DNA of 64,000 nucleotides from NCBI GenBank assembly GCA_037133375.1, contig JBAXOF010000001.1, positions 4,724 to 68,723 on the forward strand, in the 5' to 3' direction. Of this stretch, positions 28,464 to 38,775 are shown one piece after another (positions within the stretch are counted from its first letter, which is position 1; every line of letters starts with the position of its first letter). The notes under the pieces are model-generated. The model was not told the origin of the DNA. It did no database searches and worked only from the letters and a program-made list of their open reading frames with translations. The translations under genes and the position numbers were made by a program. Origin of the DNA: Verrucomicrobiota bacterium (GTDB lineage Bacteria; Verrucomicrobiota; Verrucomicrobiia; Verrucomicrobiales; Akkermansiaceae).

Positions 28464-29714
28464 ATGTGCCACTTCCTCCAGGTTTTCAGAAGCAGGACGC
28501 CGCTTGCCGTGATGATTGTCGTGCACGGTCTCTGTAATCCGTTAGGATGTTCCGCAGGTGCCCAGGTTTTTACAACCCAAGTCATCGGCACTCCGCCCCT
28601 GGGCCTGCGTGCGATTCTACCCGGCGTCGGCGGGTCGGAGTTTGCTCCGGAAGAAGTCTTCAAGGGCGGCTTTGGCTACGGTATCGGAGTGAGATCCACC
28701 TACGACTCGAACTTTTTCCTCACCAAGGACAATCCTGAAAACGAATTGACTACCAATGTCTTGCCTTGGATCAACTACCACAGCGACACAACTGGCGGTG
28801 CCCCGTTCTCTTTGAATGCGAGTTACCAACCGAATCTCCGGTTCTATCTGAATAATCCGAATATCAACGGGGTAGACCATTCCGGGGGTGTCAACATGCA
28901 GGTTGAAGGCGCGAAAACCTTGATCGCGGCCTATCTGAATTACAGTACGGTCTCCGGAACCGACATCTATAGCGGAACCTTCGTCAATGGCTCGCTGCTG
29001 GCAGGCGGCGTCAGGGGCACCTACCAGATCGCTTCCAGGACCTCCCTGTTCGCCAATTTCAAGGTTTCCATGTCGGACTACGGATCGGGCGCGCTGGTCG
29101 GATCTGACACCTACTCCGCCGAGGCGGGCGGTTTCTGGTCCGCATCGGAGCGGTTGAGTTTGGGTCCGTCAATCTGCTATATGAAGGAGACATCGGCCAA
29201 CACGGGTGACCGTAACTCGTGGACACTGAGCATGCAGGCTCAATACCTGATGGATGAAAAATTCAAATTCCTCGGCGCGCTCGGCCTGCAATACTCAAAC
29301 AACGCCAGCGATGCGGGCAACTCGTCGTTAGGACTCACCGGTCGCCTCGCCGCCAATTATGCCATCACCGAGAACCTGCAGTGGGAGACCTCGGCCCGCT
29401 ACGCCACCGCGCCATCGCCGACAGATCTGAATTATATGATGAACAACCTGACACTGTCGACCGCCCTGAGACGGCAACTCCTCAGGGCAACCGTCAGCCT
29501 GGGTGTGGAAATGAATTTCTCGGATTTTGTGGAAGTGGTGACAACCGGCACCAAGCTGGGCAACGAGAACAACCTGAGTATGCTCCTGTCCTATCAGAGG
29601 AAAGTGTTCTCGGAGCGTCTGGATTTCGATACCTCGATCCGCTACTCCTTGAACGGCGGCAGACAGGAATGGTCACAGGTGCAAGTCTCCGCAGGAATCA
29701 GTTTCCAATTCTGA
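28464..29714 (+). CDS. Outer-membrane beta-barrel protein associated with polysaccharide export
   Basis: N-terminal signal-like segment, alternating amphipathic strands rich in G/S/Y/N, C-terminal beta-signal ISFQF*. First gene of the glycan locus. Start uncertain (28437 TTG or 28464 ATG). Confidence 0.75.
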   Translation: MCHFLQVFRSRTPLAVMIVVHGLCNPLGCSAGAQVFTTQVIGTPPLGLRAILPGVGGSEFAPEEVFKGGFGYGIGVRSTYDSNFFLTKDNPENELTTNVLPWINYHSDTTGGAPFSLNASYQPNLRFYLNNPNINGVDHSGGVNMQVEGAKTLIAAYLNYSTVSGTDIYSGTFVNGSLLAGGVRGTYQIASRTSLFANFKVSMSDYGSGALVGSDTYSAEAGGFWSASERLSLGPSICYMKETSANTGDRNSWTLSMQAQYLMDEKFKFLGALGLQYSNNASDAGNSSLGLTGRLAANYAITENLQWETSARYATAPSPTDLNYMMNNLTLSTALRRQLLRATVSLGVEMNFSDFVEVVTTGTKLGNENNLSMLLSYQRKVFSERLDFDTSIRYSLNGGRQEWSQVQVSAGISFQF

Positions 29715-30460
29715 AAGCGCTTTAATCCACCCGCATCGGGAGCCTGTTCGAAGCCGATCACACCCGGCAAGCGGATGCCCCCGTCAGGCAGCGTCAGTCT
29801 ATCTATCAAACTGGTGCGCGTGCCGCATAGGCAGCGGTTCTAGCGACCGGACTGGCGGCCCGCAAGTGACCCACTGGATCGGCTCATGAGGTCCGCGCCA
29901 CAGGGACATGGTCCCGGCCATTTTTAGCTGGCACCGCGCGCGAAGATTTAGACAAACGAATATACCAAAGCACACCTTACGATTGGATATATCGGTTCTT
30001 AGAGTGCCATCGCTTGCAGAAACCATAGCTTTCCAGCCTTTAGATGAAAATCAACCTCAGTCGAGAAATTAGCGGCCAATGCCAGGCAGTGATTGCGGGC
30101 CTTGGTGGCGTAGGCTGTGGCTGGTGGTCCACGCGGCAAGCAGGCACCAAGCATCCTTTCCCCTTTGATTCATTCTTATCTATCCGTATTTAGAAACATT
30201 CCGACATTCGCAATCATCCTTGAGAATTTTGTCAATCGTCCGTGCAGGCGCTTACGCGTGGTGTGCAGCCCCTTGAGAGGGGACGCACATTGCGGAAGAA
30301 TTTCGCAATGGGTAAGGCGAGTATTCCAATCTAGCAAGATGCCCGAAAGTGGTTTTAGTGTCTATCAGCACTAAACGACCAAGGGCGGCAGCGTATCGAC
30401 TGTGGGTTGATAGCTTCACAGTTCGAAGAGTCAGACAGCAAGAAACCGGAAGCCAGCCGC

Positions 30461-31363
30461 ATGCATCATACAGATCAGGTCTCATGCGCTGCCCATACCC
30501 ATCACACCATGGTCAACGCCATTCATACAAAAATCGCGGAAAGGGAATGCATTATCCACCCGCGCGCGGACCGTGCCGCTAAGGCCGAAGGGTGTCTTCG
30601 CTGGGATAACACCCGGCTTATTAAGATGGCCTCATCCGGCGCGCGTGAGCGCGCCTTCGACACGCGCAACGCCACGACGGCGGGCCGTAGCCAAGAGTTG
30701 CCGGCAGCCAAGACCGCCGGTTGGAAGCGCTGTCTGGACATTTGCTGCATCGTGATCAGTCTGCCGCTGGTCCTGCCGCTGATGGTGCTCATCGTGCTCT
30801 GGATCAAGCTTTGCTCCCGAGGACCTGCGCTTTTGCGCCAACGCCGCATCGGCCGGAATGGCAGGCTGTTCACACTCTACAAGTTCCGCAGCATGAAAAT
30901 CAACTCCGGCACTGACCGGCAGGAGGCCCATGTCAGAGACCTGATCAAATTGGACCGACCAATGATCAAGCTCGACTTTCTATGCGACTCGCGGTTGATC
31001 CTGGGCAGTTGCCTGCTAAGAGCGGCCGGACTGGATGAATTGCCCCAATTATTGAATGTGCTGCGCGGCGAAATGAGCCTCGTTGGGCCACGCCCCTGCC
31101 TGCCCGGCGAGTATGCATTTTTCTCTGCGAAGCAACGGGAGAGGTTCCATGCGTTGCCAGGACTCACCGGCATTTGGCAGGTCAATGGCAAGAACCAGTC
31201 CACCTTTCGCGAAATGACCGAGATGGACATCCACTATGTGCGTAACGTCTCGGTGCTGCTGGATTTGCGCATCATGCTGAGGACTCCCGCAGCGCTCCTG
31301 CTGCAGATGTATCTGGCATGCCAGCACATACACGCATCCCGGCGGGGATTAGTGTTAGACTAA
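30461..31363 (+). CDS. Priming sugar transferase, small PGT (Bac_transf domain, one TM)
   Basis: WKRCLDI, single TM, GRLFTLYKFRSM, GLDELPQLLNVLRGEMSLVGPRP, PGLTGIWQV, MDIHYV. Start uncertain (30461/30509/30626). Confidence 0.9.
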   Translation: MHHTDQVSCAAHTHHTMVNAIHTKIAERECIIHPRADRAAKAEGCLRWDNTRLIKMASSGARERAFDTRNATTAGRSQELPAAKTAGWKRCLDICCIVISLPLVLPLMVLIVLWIKLCSRGPALLRQRRIGRNGRLFTLYKFRSMKINSGTDRQEAHVRDLIKLDRPMIKLDFLCDSRLILGSCLLRAAGLDELPQLLNVLRGEMSLVGPRPCLPGEYAFFSAKQRERFHALPGLTGIWQVNGKNQSTFREMTEMDIHYVRNVSVLLDLRIMLRTPAALLLQMYLACQHIHASRRGLVLD

Positions 31364-31416
31364 AACTTCGGTGAGCCAGACCGGGGATAATTTCGCCCAA
31401 CCCACCACCAGTGGCT

Positions 31417-32490
31417 ATGAATACAACCATCAACGTGGGGATCGTCGGCTATGGATATTGGGGGCCTAATCTGGCACGGCACTTCAGTGCCCAGGCGGGC
31501 GCTTGCTTGAGTGCGGTGTGCGATCGTAATGCCGGACGCCTCGAGCACATGCGACAACTCTATCCAAATGCGTCCTCCCACATTGATTTCGGCAGGATGC
31601 TCGGCGAGGCGAAGATCGATGCCATGGTTATTGCCACACCGCTTAGATCTCACTACGCCATGGCGAAAGCCAGCTTGCTGGCCGGCAAGCACGTCCTGAT
31701 CGAGAAGCCGATGGCTAGTTCGAGTCGGGAATGCGAGGAACTCATCGCGCTGGCGCAGCGCCAGGGTCTGATTCTTATGGTGGATCACACCTATCTCTAC
31801 TCGGGGTCGGTTGCCATGATTGCGGAAATCATCCAGCGCGGAGACATCGGGGTGGTTCGTTACATCAATTGCCAGCGCCTTAACCTGGGGATTTTCCAAC
31901 AAGACATCAACGTGGCCTGGGATTTGGCGCCGCATGATCTTTCCATCATTCTCCAAGTGATGGGAGAGCCACCCGTAACGGTGAATTGTCAGGGCAATGC
32001 CCACCTCAATCCGGAAGTAGAGGATGTGACCAACCTGTCTCTGACATTTGACGGAAAGCGCTTTGCCACCATCCAGAGCAGTTGGTTGGAACCACGGAAA
32101 GTGCGGCAGATGACCTTCGTCGGAACGCGCAAGATGATTGTTTACGATGACCTCCAGCCGTTGGAGAAAATCCGGATTTACGACGTCAGGGTCGATTTTC
32201 CCGCCCATTACGACAGTTTTTCGGAGTTTTACTGCTCCTATCATTACGGGGATTGTTATATTCCCCGCATCGAGCAACGTGAGCCGCTCCTCACAATGTG
32301 CAATCACTTTCTTGACTGCATCAAAAACCGCCGGGAACCGGTTTCCTGCGGCCGCAAGGGGCTTGAGGTCGTGCGCATTCTCGAGGCGAGCGACGCATCG
32401 CTGCAAGCGCAAGGGGCGGCGGTATCCTTGGCAAGTCCCCACCACGCGCGGTTGGCGCCAGGCCGCGCGTCATTGTCAATGGCATGCTAG
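31417..32490 (+). CDS. Gfo/Idh/MocA oxidoreductase (WbpB/WlbA/GnnA-like sugar-nucleotide 3-dehydrogenase)
   Basis: VGIVGYGYWG, IATP, HVLIEKPM, WDLAPHDLS. Confidence 0.9.
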   Translation: MNTTINVGIVGYGYWGPNLARHFSAQAGACLSAVCDRNAGRLEHMRQLYPNASSHIDFGRMLGEAKIDAMVIATPLRSHYAMAKASLLAGKHVLIEKPMASSSRECEELIALAQRQGLILMVDHTYLYSGSVAMIAEIIQRGDIGVVRYINCQRLNLGIFQQDINVAWDLAPHDLSIILQVMGEPPVTVNCQGNAHLNPEVEDVTNLSLTFDGKRFATIQSSWLEPRKVRQMTFVGTRKMIVYDDLQPLEKIRIYDVRVDFPAHYDSFSEFYCSYHYGDCYIPRIEQREPLLTMCNHFLDCIKNRREPVSCGRKGLEVVRILEASDASLQAQGAAVSLASPHHARLAPGRASLSMAC

Positions 32491-33008
32491 TTAGAAATCA
32501 TCCAGGAAGGACGGCATGGAATTCGCAGGGTCTGCGGATCTCACCCGGCGTAAAACTGGGCAGTGGGGTCAAGCTCTTTGGCTTTGTGAACCTCTATGAC
32601 TGCGAGATCGGCGATGATACCAGGATCGGGTGCTTCGTGGAAATCCAATGCGGGGTGAAGGTTGGCGCACGCTGCAAGATATCGAGCCACACCTTAATCT
32701 GTGAAGGGGTGACCATCGAAGACGAGGTTTTCATCGGGCATGGTGTGATGTTTATCAACGACCGCTGGCCGAGGGCCACCGCAAGGGATGGCAAAATAGT
32801 GGCGAAAGGCGATTGGGAATGCCAGGCCACACTGGTGCAGCAGGGTGCGTCGATCGGGTCAGGTGTTACCATCCTGGGAGGACTCACCATCGGCGCCAAC
32901 GCCATGATCGGTGCCGGCAGTGTGGTCACTGCCGATGTTGCGCCTGGCACCACTGTGGCAGGGAATCCGGCCCGCCTGCTGCCTCATTCTAACTGGATAA
33001 CACCATGA
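32484..33008 (+). CDS. Hexapeptide-repeat N-acyltransferase (WbpD/WlbB-like)
   Basis: Left-handed beta-helix repeats; [16 protein letters not shown]; [10 protein letters not shown]; VAGNPAR. Confidence 0.9.
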   Translation: MLVRNHPGRTAWNSQGLRISPGVKLGSGVKLFGFVNLYDCEIGDDTRIGCFVEIQCGVKVGARCKISSHTLICEGVTIEDEVFIGHGVMFINDRWPRATARDGKIVAKGDWECQATLVQQGASIGSGVTILGGLTIGANAMIGAGSVVTADVAPGTTVAGNPARLLPHSNWITP

Positions 33009-34123
33009 GGGTTCCTTTTATCGACATCAAATTGCATCACGCGCTCCTGCGTAACGAGTTTTTGCAGGCCATTGGCGAAGTCATCGATGCAGGCGTCTTT
33101 GTTGACGGCCCTTTTGTCGAGCGCTTCGAGCAGGAATTCGCGGCCTATTGCGAGGCCGGATCAGCGGTAGGCGTTGGCAGTGGCACGGAAGCGCTGTGGT
33201 TGACCCTGCTGGCCATGGGCATCGGACATGGCGACGAGGTGGTGACCGTGCCAATGAGCTTTGCCGCCACCGTGGAGGCAATCTGCGTTGCAGGGGCTAA
33301 ACCGGTGTTCGTCGACATTGATGAGCGGACTTACACCATGAATCCGGCCGCCTTGGAGCGAGTGCTGACGCCGCGCACCAAAGCGATCATCCCCGTGCAT
33401 CTTTTCGGCCAAGCCGCTGACATGGACCCGATCCTTGAAATCAGCCGCAAGCACGGCCTGCGCGTCATCGAAGATGCCGCGCAAGCGCACGGTGCCCAAT
33501 ACCAAGGTCGGCGGGTCGGTGTCCTCGGCGACGCCGGTTGTTTCAGCTTCTATCCCGGCAAAAACCTTGGTGCATTCGGCGAGGGCGGAGCGGTTGTCAC
33601 TGCCGACGAAAACTTGGCGCGAACCCTGCGCGCGCTCAGAAATCACGGACAAGCCGGCAAGAACCGGCATTCCATGATTGGTTGGAACAGCCGTCTGGAC
33701 GGGATCCAAGCCGCAGTCCTCGCAATCAAACTGCGCCATCTTGACGTGAGGAACCGGCAACGCCGGCAGCTCGCACGGCGTTATAACCGCGGACTTGCGG
33801 ATTTGCCGGAGGTGATCCTGCCGGTTGTGGCGGATGGCAGACAGCACGTTTTCCATATCTATGCGGTTAGAGTGGGTGACAGGCGACATGTGATGGCGGC
33901 GCTTGAGGAAAAGGGAATTGCCTGCGGTGTTCACTATCCGCTACCGATTCACCTTCAGACCGCCTACCGAAGCCTGGGCTACAAACGCGGGGATTTTCCG
34001 ATGGCGGAACAATGCGCGAAAGGGTTCATTTCCCTGCCGATGTTTCCAGAGATGACTGCGCACCAAGTTGCCTATGTCATCGACGCGGTGAGAGAAGCAT
34101 GCGGCATGTGCGCCACCGCGTGA
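33005..34123 (+). CDS. DegT/DnrJ/EryC1/StrS PLP aminotransferase (WbpE/WlbC-like)
   Basis: [41 protein letters not shown] (PLP Lys), [15 protein letters not shown]. Confidence 0.94.
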   Translation: MRVPFIDIKLHHALLRNEFLQAIGEVIDAGVFVDGPFVERFEQEFAAYCEAGSAVGVGSGTEALWLTLLAMGIGHGDEVVTVPMSFAATVEAICVAGAKPVFVDIDERTYTMNPAALERVLTPRTKAIIPVHLFGQAADMDPILEISRKHGLRVIEDAAQAHGAQYQGRRVGVLGDAGCFSFYPGKNLGAFGEGGAVVTADENLARTLRALRNHGQAGKNRHSMIGWNSRLDGIQAAVLAIKLRHLDVRNRQRRQLARRYNRGLADLPEVILPVVADGRQHVFHIYAVRVGDRRHVMAALEEKGIACGVHYPLPIHLQTAYRSLGYKRGDFPMAEQCAKGFISLPMFPEMTAHQVAYVIDAVREACGMCATA

Positions 34124-34193
34124 AGCTCCGGAGAAAGTGCCGCACCGCCAGGCGTGTGCGCCACGTTATACCCCCTCAAACGCACTCAAGCTC

Positions 34194-36494
34194 ATGCAAA
34201 AATCCCAGACCAATGTTCCCAAGGGAGGCTTCAGCATGCAGGATATGCTGTTTGTGTTGTTCAAGCATAAGTGGAAGATCATTATTTTTTCGCTACTTGG
34301 ATTCGCCGCTGCGGCGGTGGTCTTTATCAAGCAGGAACCCATCTATCGATCGAAGGCGAAGTTGTTAGTTCGCTACGTCCGAGAAACCGGCACGGTCGAT
34401 ACGTTTGAAGATACGAAAAGGCCCGGCAGCGGGGGCAAAGCCGGGGATCCCGTGATCAGCACGGAGATTGAAATTTTCAACAGTCTGGATCTCGCGCAGC
34501 AAGTTGCCGAGGCCATAGGGGTCGAACGCTTGCTACCTGGCTCCGACAGCCAGGACGTCACCTCCTTGTCGAGTGCCGCGAGTGCCGTATTGAAAGGCCT
34601 TGAGGTGATACCCGGCCAAAGCAGCAACGTGCTCTACGTCACCTATGGCAACAAGGATCGGGAGCTGGCACAGACGGTTTTGAAACGACTCGTCGAACTC
34701 TATTTTGAGAAACACCTCGAGATCCACCGGTCTGCGGCCGCGTTTGACGTCGTGGCCAAACAAACCGAGGAAGTGCGCCAGCGCTTGAAACAAACCGACC
34801 AGCAACTCAACAAGCTCAGGACTGACTCAGGCATCCTGTCACTAGCGGACGCGACCAACGCGTTGACCTCCCAGCGGACCAAGACTCAGGAAGATTTGAT
34901 CAAGGCCCGCGCCGATTTTGCCGAGGTGCAGGCGAGTATCGACGCCCGCGGCAAGGAGCCTGGCGCGCAAGAGGAAACCTCCCGCCGTGCCGGCCAGGGC
35001 GATGACAAATTCGCCAAAGGCGGGAAAGCCGCCAAGGGTCTCGGTGAGATCGCGCCGCCGCAAGTCATGACCGAATACCGGACGGTCATGGAACTGCTCG
35101 CGTTCCTGCAAAAGCGGGATGTAGAGCTGCGGCTCAAGTTCAAAGCCGGCACCCGCTTGCTGGTGCTCAACCAACAGCAATTCGACACCTATGACGCGAA
35201 GCGGCGCGTCTTGGTGGCGAAATACCCGGATCTGACCACCGTGGCGGAGGAGTTGGGAAAAAATCCGGATGCGGATAACTTCAAGTGGAATTTGCTCAGC
35301 GGCAAGGCGCGACTCGCGGCCATCAGTGCCAAGATCGAGGTGTTCGAAGCGCATCTGAAGGAAATTGCCGACCAATTCAGCAGGCAGTATGCGATTGGGG
35401 CCGAGATTGATGAAGTGGATCGTCGCAAACAGATGGAGGACGCCGAATACCGCTCGCTCGAAGCCAACCTCAAGAACGCTAAAATCAATCAGACCCTCGA
35501 CCCATCTCGGATGCCCAATATCACTTTGGTCCAGCAACCGTCAGCGCCGGTGAAGACCTTCGATGAGATGACCAAAAAAATTATTCTCGGCTTGGCGGGT
35601 GGCGGCATCGGTCTTGGCATTGGCCTGGCGTTCATCATCGAATTCATCCTGGTGCGCAACGTCGGCAGGCCGATCGAGATTCAGGCACGGCTGCAACTGC
35701 CCCTATTGTTGTCCATCCCTTACATGCGCAAGAAGGAACGGGGAGGCTTGATGTTAGGTCTGCATCAGGACCAGCCCCAGCTCGGCTTGAGTGAGAGTTT
35801 GACCGTCCCGCATGACGATTCCATGGCAGGGAATTTTGGAGCTGTGACGCGAAGGGCGAACCATTTCATCCTGCCTTATGCGGAGGCCATTCGTGACCGT
35901 ATTGTGTTCAACTTTGAAGTCAATAACGTGACTCACAAGCCGAAACTGGTGGCCGTGACCGGCCTCACGGAGGGGGCGGGTGCCTCAACGATTGCAGCGG
36001 GCCTGGCCAAATCGTTTGCAGAAATGCCCGGGTTGAAGGTGCTACTAGTGGACTTGAGTTCCAGGCATCCCGGGGATAACCCGTTGTTTGGCGAAATCCC
36101 GCGGCATTCGCTCAATGGCGCCTTGCGCTTGGCGCGTCACTCGCAGTTCCGTGAGAATCCGCAGCGCCTCTTCTATGCGAGCGCCTCTGCCAGAAGGGAT
36201 GACCACGGATTGACGACGTTCTCGCCGATGCATTTAAACGAACTCATGCCCAACTTGCTGGCCAGCGAATACGATTACATCATCTTCGACATGCCATCTA
36301 TCGACCAGATCAGCAGGACCCTGACAATGGCGGGAATGATGGACGAAGTGCTGCTGGTGCTGGACGCAGAGAACACCAACCGCGACAAGCTGGTGTGGGG
36401 GTATTCTGAATTAATCAAGGGCAAGGCCGATGTGTCATGCGTCTTCAACAAAACCCGCACGCACGCACCCGGTTGGCTGATCGGCAAGAACTAA
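34194..36494 (+). CDS. Polysaccharide co-polymerase (Wzc/GumC-like) with degenerate tyrosine-kinase domain
   Basis: TM1 (WKIIIFSLL), periplasmic coiled coils, QPSAP + TM2, then a P-loop-like domain with Walker A reading GLTEGAGAST, Walker A' VDLS, Walker B YIIFDMP, and no Tyr cluster at the C-terminus. Confidence 0.85.
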   Translation: MQKSQTNVPKGGFSMQDMLFVLFKHKWKIIIFSLLGFAAAAVVFIKQEPIYRSKAKLLVRYVRETGTVDTFEDTKRPGSGGKAGDPVISTEIEIFNSLDLAQQVAEAIGVERLLPGSDSQDVTSLSSAASAVLKGLEVIPGQSSNVLYVTYGNKDRELAQTVLKRLVELYFEKHLEIHRSAAAFDVVAKQTEEVRQRLKQTDQQLNKLRTDSGILSLADATNALTSQRTKTQEDLIKARADFAEVQASIDARGKEPGAQEETSRRAGQGDDKFAKGGKAAKGLGEIAPPQVMTEYRTVMELLAFLQKRDVELRLKFKAGTRLLVLNQQQFDTYDAKRRVLVAKYPDLTTVAEELGKNPDADNFKWNLLSGKARLAAISAKIEVFEAHLKEIADQFSRQYAIGAEIDEVDRRKQMEDAEYRSLEANLKNAKINQTLDPSRMPNITLVQQPSAPVKTFDEMTKKIILGLAGGGIGLGIGLAFIIEFILVRNVGRPIEIQARLQLPLLLSIPYMRKKERGGLMLGLHQDQPQLGLSESLTVPHDDSMAGNFGAVTRRANHFILPYAEAIRDRIVFNFEVNNVTHKPKLVAVTGLTEGAGASTIAAGLAKSFAEMPGLKVLLVDLSSRHPGDNPLFGEIPRHSLNGALRLARHSQFRENPQRLFYASASARRDDHGLTTFSPMHLNELMPNLLASEYDYIIFDMPSIDQISRTLTMAGMMDEVLLVLDAENTNRDKLVWGYSELIKGKADVSCVFNKTRTHAPGWLIGKN

Positions 36495-36513
36495 CATTAT
36501 ATTTCCACCATTT

Positions 36514-37956
36514 ATGATCAGACTCCGCCACAAGTTGTTAATCCACATGTTCCAACTGGTTGATCAGTTGGTCCTGCTGGGTGCGGCCGTGGGTATGATC
36601 TATTTCCAACCGGGAATTGTGCCGCAGGGTGACGGCCAGCTCCTTGATGCGACTTTCCGCCTTGAAGACGCAATTCTCATGGCTATTGTCGCGCTCGGGT
36701 GGATCCTTATCTTCGATTTCTTCATCCACTACAAAGCCGACCGCCTGGTGGCCCTCCACACCCAGTTGAGGTGCTTGGTGAAAGCGACCGGATTGGCCTC
36801 GATTTGGCTACTGATTATCTGTGCCCTGTTTGCAGTGAAGAACTTCAATATCTTCAACGTCCTGATCTTTTTTGGAGTGGTGACCGTGGCCGGCATCGCG
36901 AGCCGGTTGTTTGTCCGCTTGCTGCTGTTGAGTGCCAGACGCTCGGGGTATAACTTCCGTTATCTGCTGATGGTTGGCGCCAGCGAGCGGGCCCACCAGA
37001 TTGCTGAAAGACTCGATGAAAAACCCGAACTAGGATACAAAATCGTCGGCTTTGTGGCGGAAACTCCCGAGGCCATGGAAGCGTGGCAACAGCGCAAGCA
37101 CAACAACTGGAAGGTTCTCGGCCTGCTCACCAACCTGCGCCACATCCTGACCGGCGAACGGGTGGACGAAATCATGGTGTGCCTGCCATTGGACACACAA
37201 TTCAGTGACATTGCCATGATCGTGCAGCACGCCCGCGACCTGGGGATAGTGGTCCGTTTCATGCCTAACATCGCAGGCGGCACCCTGCTGAAGAATCTGC
37301 ATGTGGAGGAATTCGAGGACGAGTATGTGGTGACCCTGTTCCGGGAGCAGATGCTGGTGCAGTTGCTGGTGAAGCGGTTCATTGACGCGTCACTCTCCTT
37401 GATCGTTCTCATCCTGTTGTGCCCCATGTTGGTGGTGGTGGCTCTACTTATCAAGCTGACCAGTCCCGGACCGGTGTTGTTCGTGCAGAACCGCGTGGGC
37501 ATGAACCAGCGGCAGTTCAAGCTCTACAAGTTCCGCTCGATGGTCGCCGATGCCGAGTCCCGCAAGGATGCCATCGCCCACCTCAACGAACGGGATGGAC
37601 CGGTCTTCAAGATCGAGAATGATCCGCGCACCACCTGGATCGGCAGGATTCTGCGCAAAACGAGCATTGATGAGTTGCCCCAGTTGTTCAACGTCCTGAG
37701 CGGGGAAATGAGCTTGGTGGGCCCACGGCCGCCGCTGCCCGAGGAAGTCAAGCGCTACGCCTGGCATTTCCGTAAGCGCTTGTCGGTCAAGCCCGGTGTC
37801 ACCTGCATCTGGCAGATCAGTGGCCGCAATAATGTCTCGTTCGACCGCTGGATGGAGATGGATCATGAATACATCGACAATTGGTCGCTGTGGCTGGATC
37901 TGAAGATTCTGCTCATCACCATCCCGGTGGTGTTGTTCACCCGGGGAGCTTCGTAG
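36514..37956 (+). CDS. Undecaprenyl-phosphate glycosylphosphotransferase, full-length WcaJ/WbaP type
   Basis: Four N-terminal TMs, CoA-binding-like domain (LLMVGAS), KRFID, FKLYKFRSM, SIDELPQLFNVLSGEMSLVGPRP, KPGVTCIWQI. Confidence 0.93.
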   Translation: MIRLRHKLLIHMFQLVDQLVLLGAAVGMIYFQPGIVPQGDGQLLDATFRLEDAILMAIVALGWILIFDFFIHYKADRLVALHTQLRCLVKATGLASIWLLIICALFAVKNFNIFNVLIFFGVVTVAGIASRLFVRLLLLSARRSGYNFRYLLMVGASERAHQIAERLDEKPELGYKIVGFVAETPEAMEAWQQRKHNNWKVLGLLTNLRHILTGERVDEIMVCLPLDTQFSDIAMIVQHARDLGIVVRFMPNIAGGTLLKNLHVEEFEDEYVVTLFREQMLVQLLVKRFIDASLSLIVLILLCPMLVVVALLIKLTSPGPVLFVQNRVGMNQRQFKLYKFRSMVADAESRKDAIAHLNERDGPVFKIENDPRTTWIGRILRKTSIDELPQLFNVLSGEMSLVGPRPPLPEEVKRYAWHFRKRLSVKPGVTCIWQISGRNNVSFDRWMEMDHEYIDNWSLWLDLKILLITIPVVLFTRGAS

Positions 37957-38079
37957 CGCGCGATTTTGAGCGGCGACAGGAGCATCCTGTCGCAAGTCCT
38001 TCTTGACGGGCCCATGCGGATTGCGCCGCCGGGCGTTCCAACTCGACCCAGCCTGAATGTAATTTATCTAGCACGCTCT

Positions 38080-38775
38080 ATGAACACGCACAAATTAACA
38101 AACTACGACAATCCAAATTCCTTTGGTTCCAAAATGAGGGCGAGACGGATGGCGCCGTTGCTCGGACTGATCTCAAGAGTTCACGCGCAAAAGGGCAAGG
38201 TGAGCATCATCGACGTAGGCGGACGCGGAGTTTATTGGAAGGCGTTCTCGTCCGACTTTCTCGAACAGCACGGCGTGAAAATCACCATCTTGAATCTTCC
38301 TTGTGACCTCGTCGGTGAAGAAAGCAGTATCTTCTCCTATGTGTCTGGAGATGCTTGCGACATGGCGCAGTATCCAGATCATTCGTTCGACATCGTCCAT
38401 TCAAATTCTGTGATTGAGCACGTCGGGAACTGGGACAAGATCAAATCTTTTGCGAAGGAGGTCAGGCGACTCGCTCCCATTCTGTTTGTGCAGACCCCGT
38501 ATTTCTGGTTTCCGGTAGAGCCCCACTTTGTCAAGCTGACGCATCATTGGTTGCCGAAGCCGCTTAGGGCATCCTTGTGGATGCGGTTCCAGATGGGTTA
38601 CAGGGGACGGGCGAAGGATATCGACGAGGCGATGCGCAAGGTGGATGATGAACCATATTTGTTGGATATGAGGATGTTCCGTTTTTTGTTTCCGGATTGT
38701 CGCATCATCAAGGAGCACTTTTTTCTCCTCACGAAGTCGATGATGGCATTCAGAGATGGCAACGACCAAGTGTGA
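38080..38775 (+). CDS. Class I SAM-dependent methyltransferase
   Basis: IIDVGGRG, GDACDM, FDIVHSNSVIEHVG, VQTPYFWFPVEPH. Confidence 0.88.
   Translation: MNTHKLTNYDNPNSFGSKMRARRMAPLLGLISRVHAQKGKVSIIDVGGRGVYWKAFSSDFLEQHGVKITILNLPCDLVGEESSIFSYVSGDACDMAQYPDHSFDIVHSNSVIEHVGNWDKIKSFAKEVRRLAPILFVQTPYFWFPVEPHFVKLTHHWLPKPLRASLWMRFQMGYRGRAKDIDEAMRKVDDEPYLLDMRMFRFLFPDCRIIKEHFFLLTKSMMAFRDGNDQV

Noticed and set aside
30384-30394. ops/JUMPstart-like GGCGGCAGCGT before the glycan operon
   Set aside because: It mismatches the conserved T of GGCGGTAG, is likely by chance in GC-rich DNA, and no RfaH/UpxY gene is in the window.
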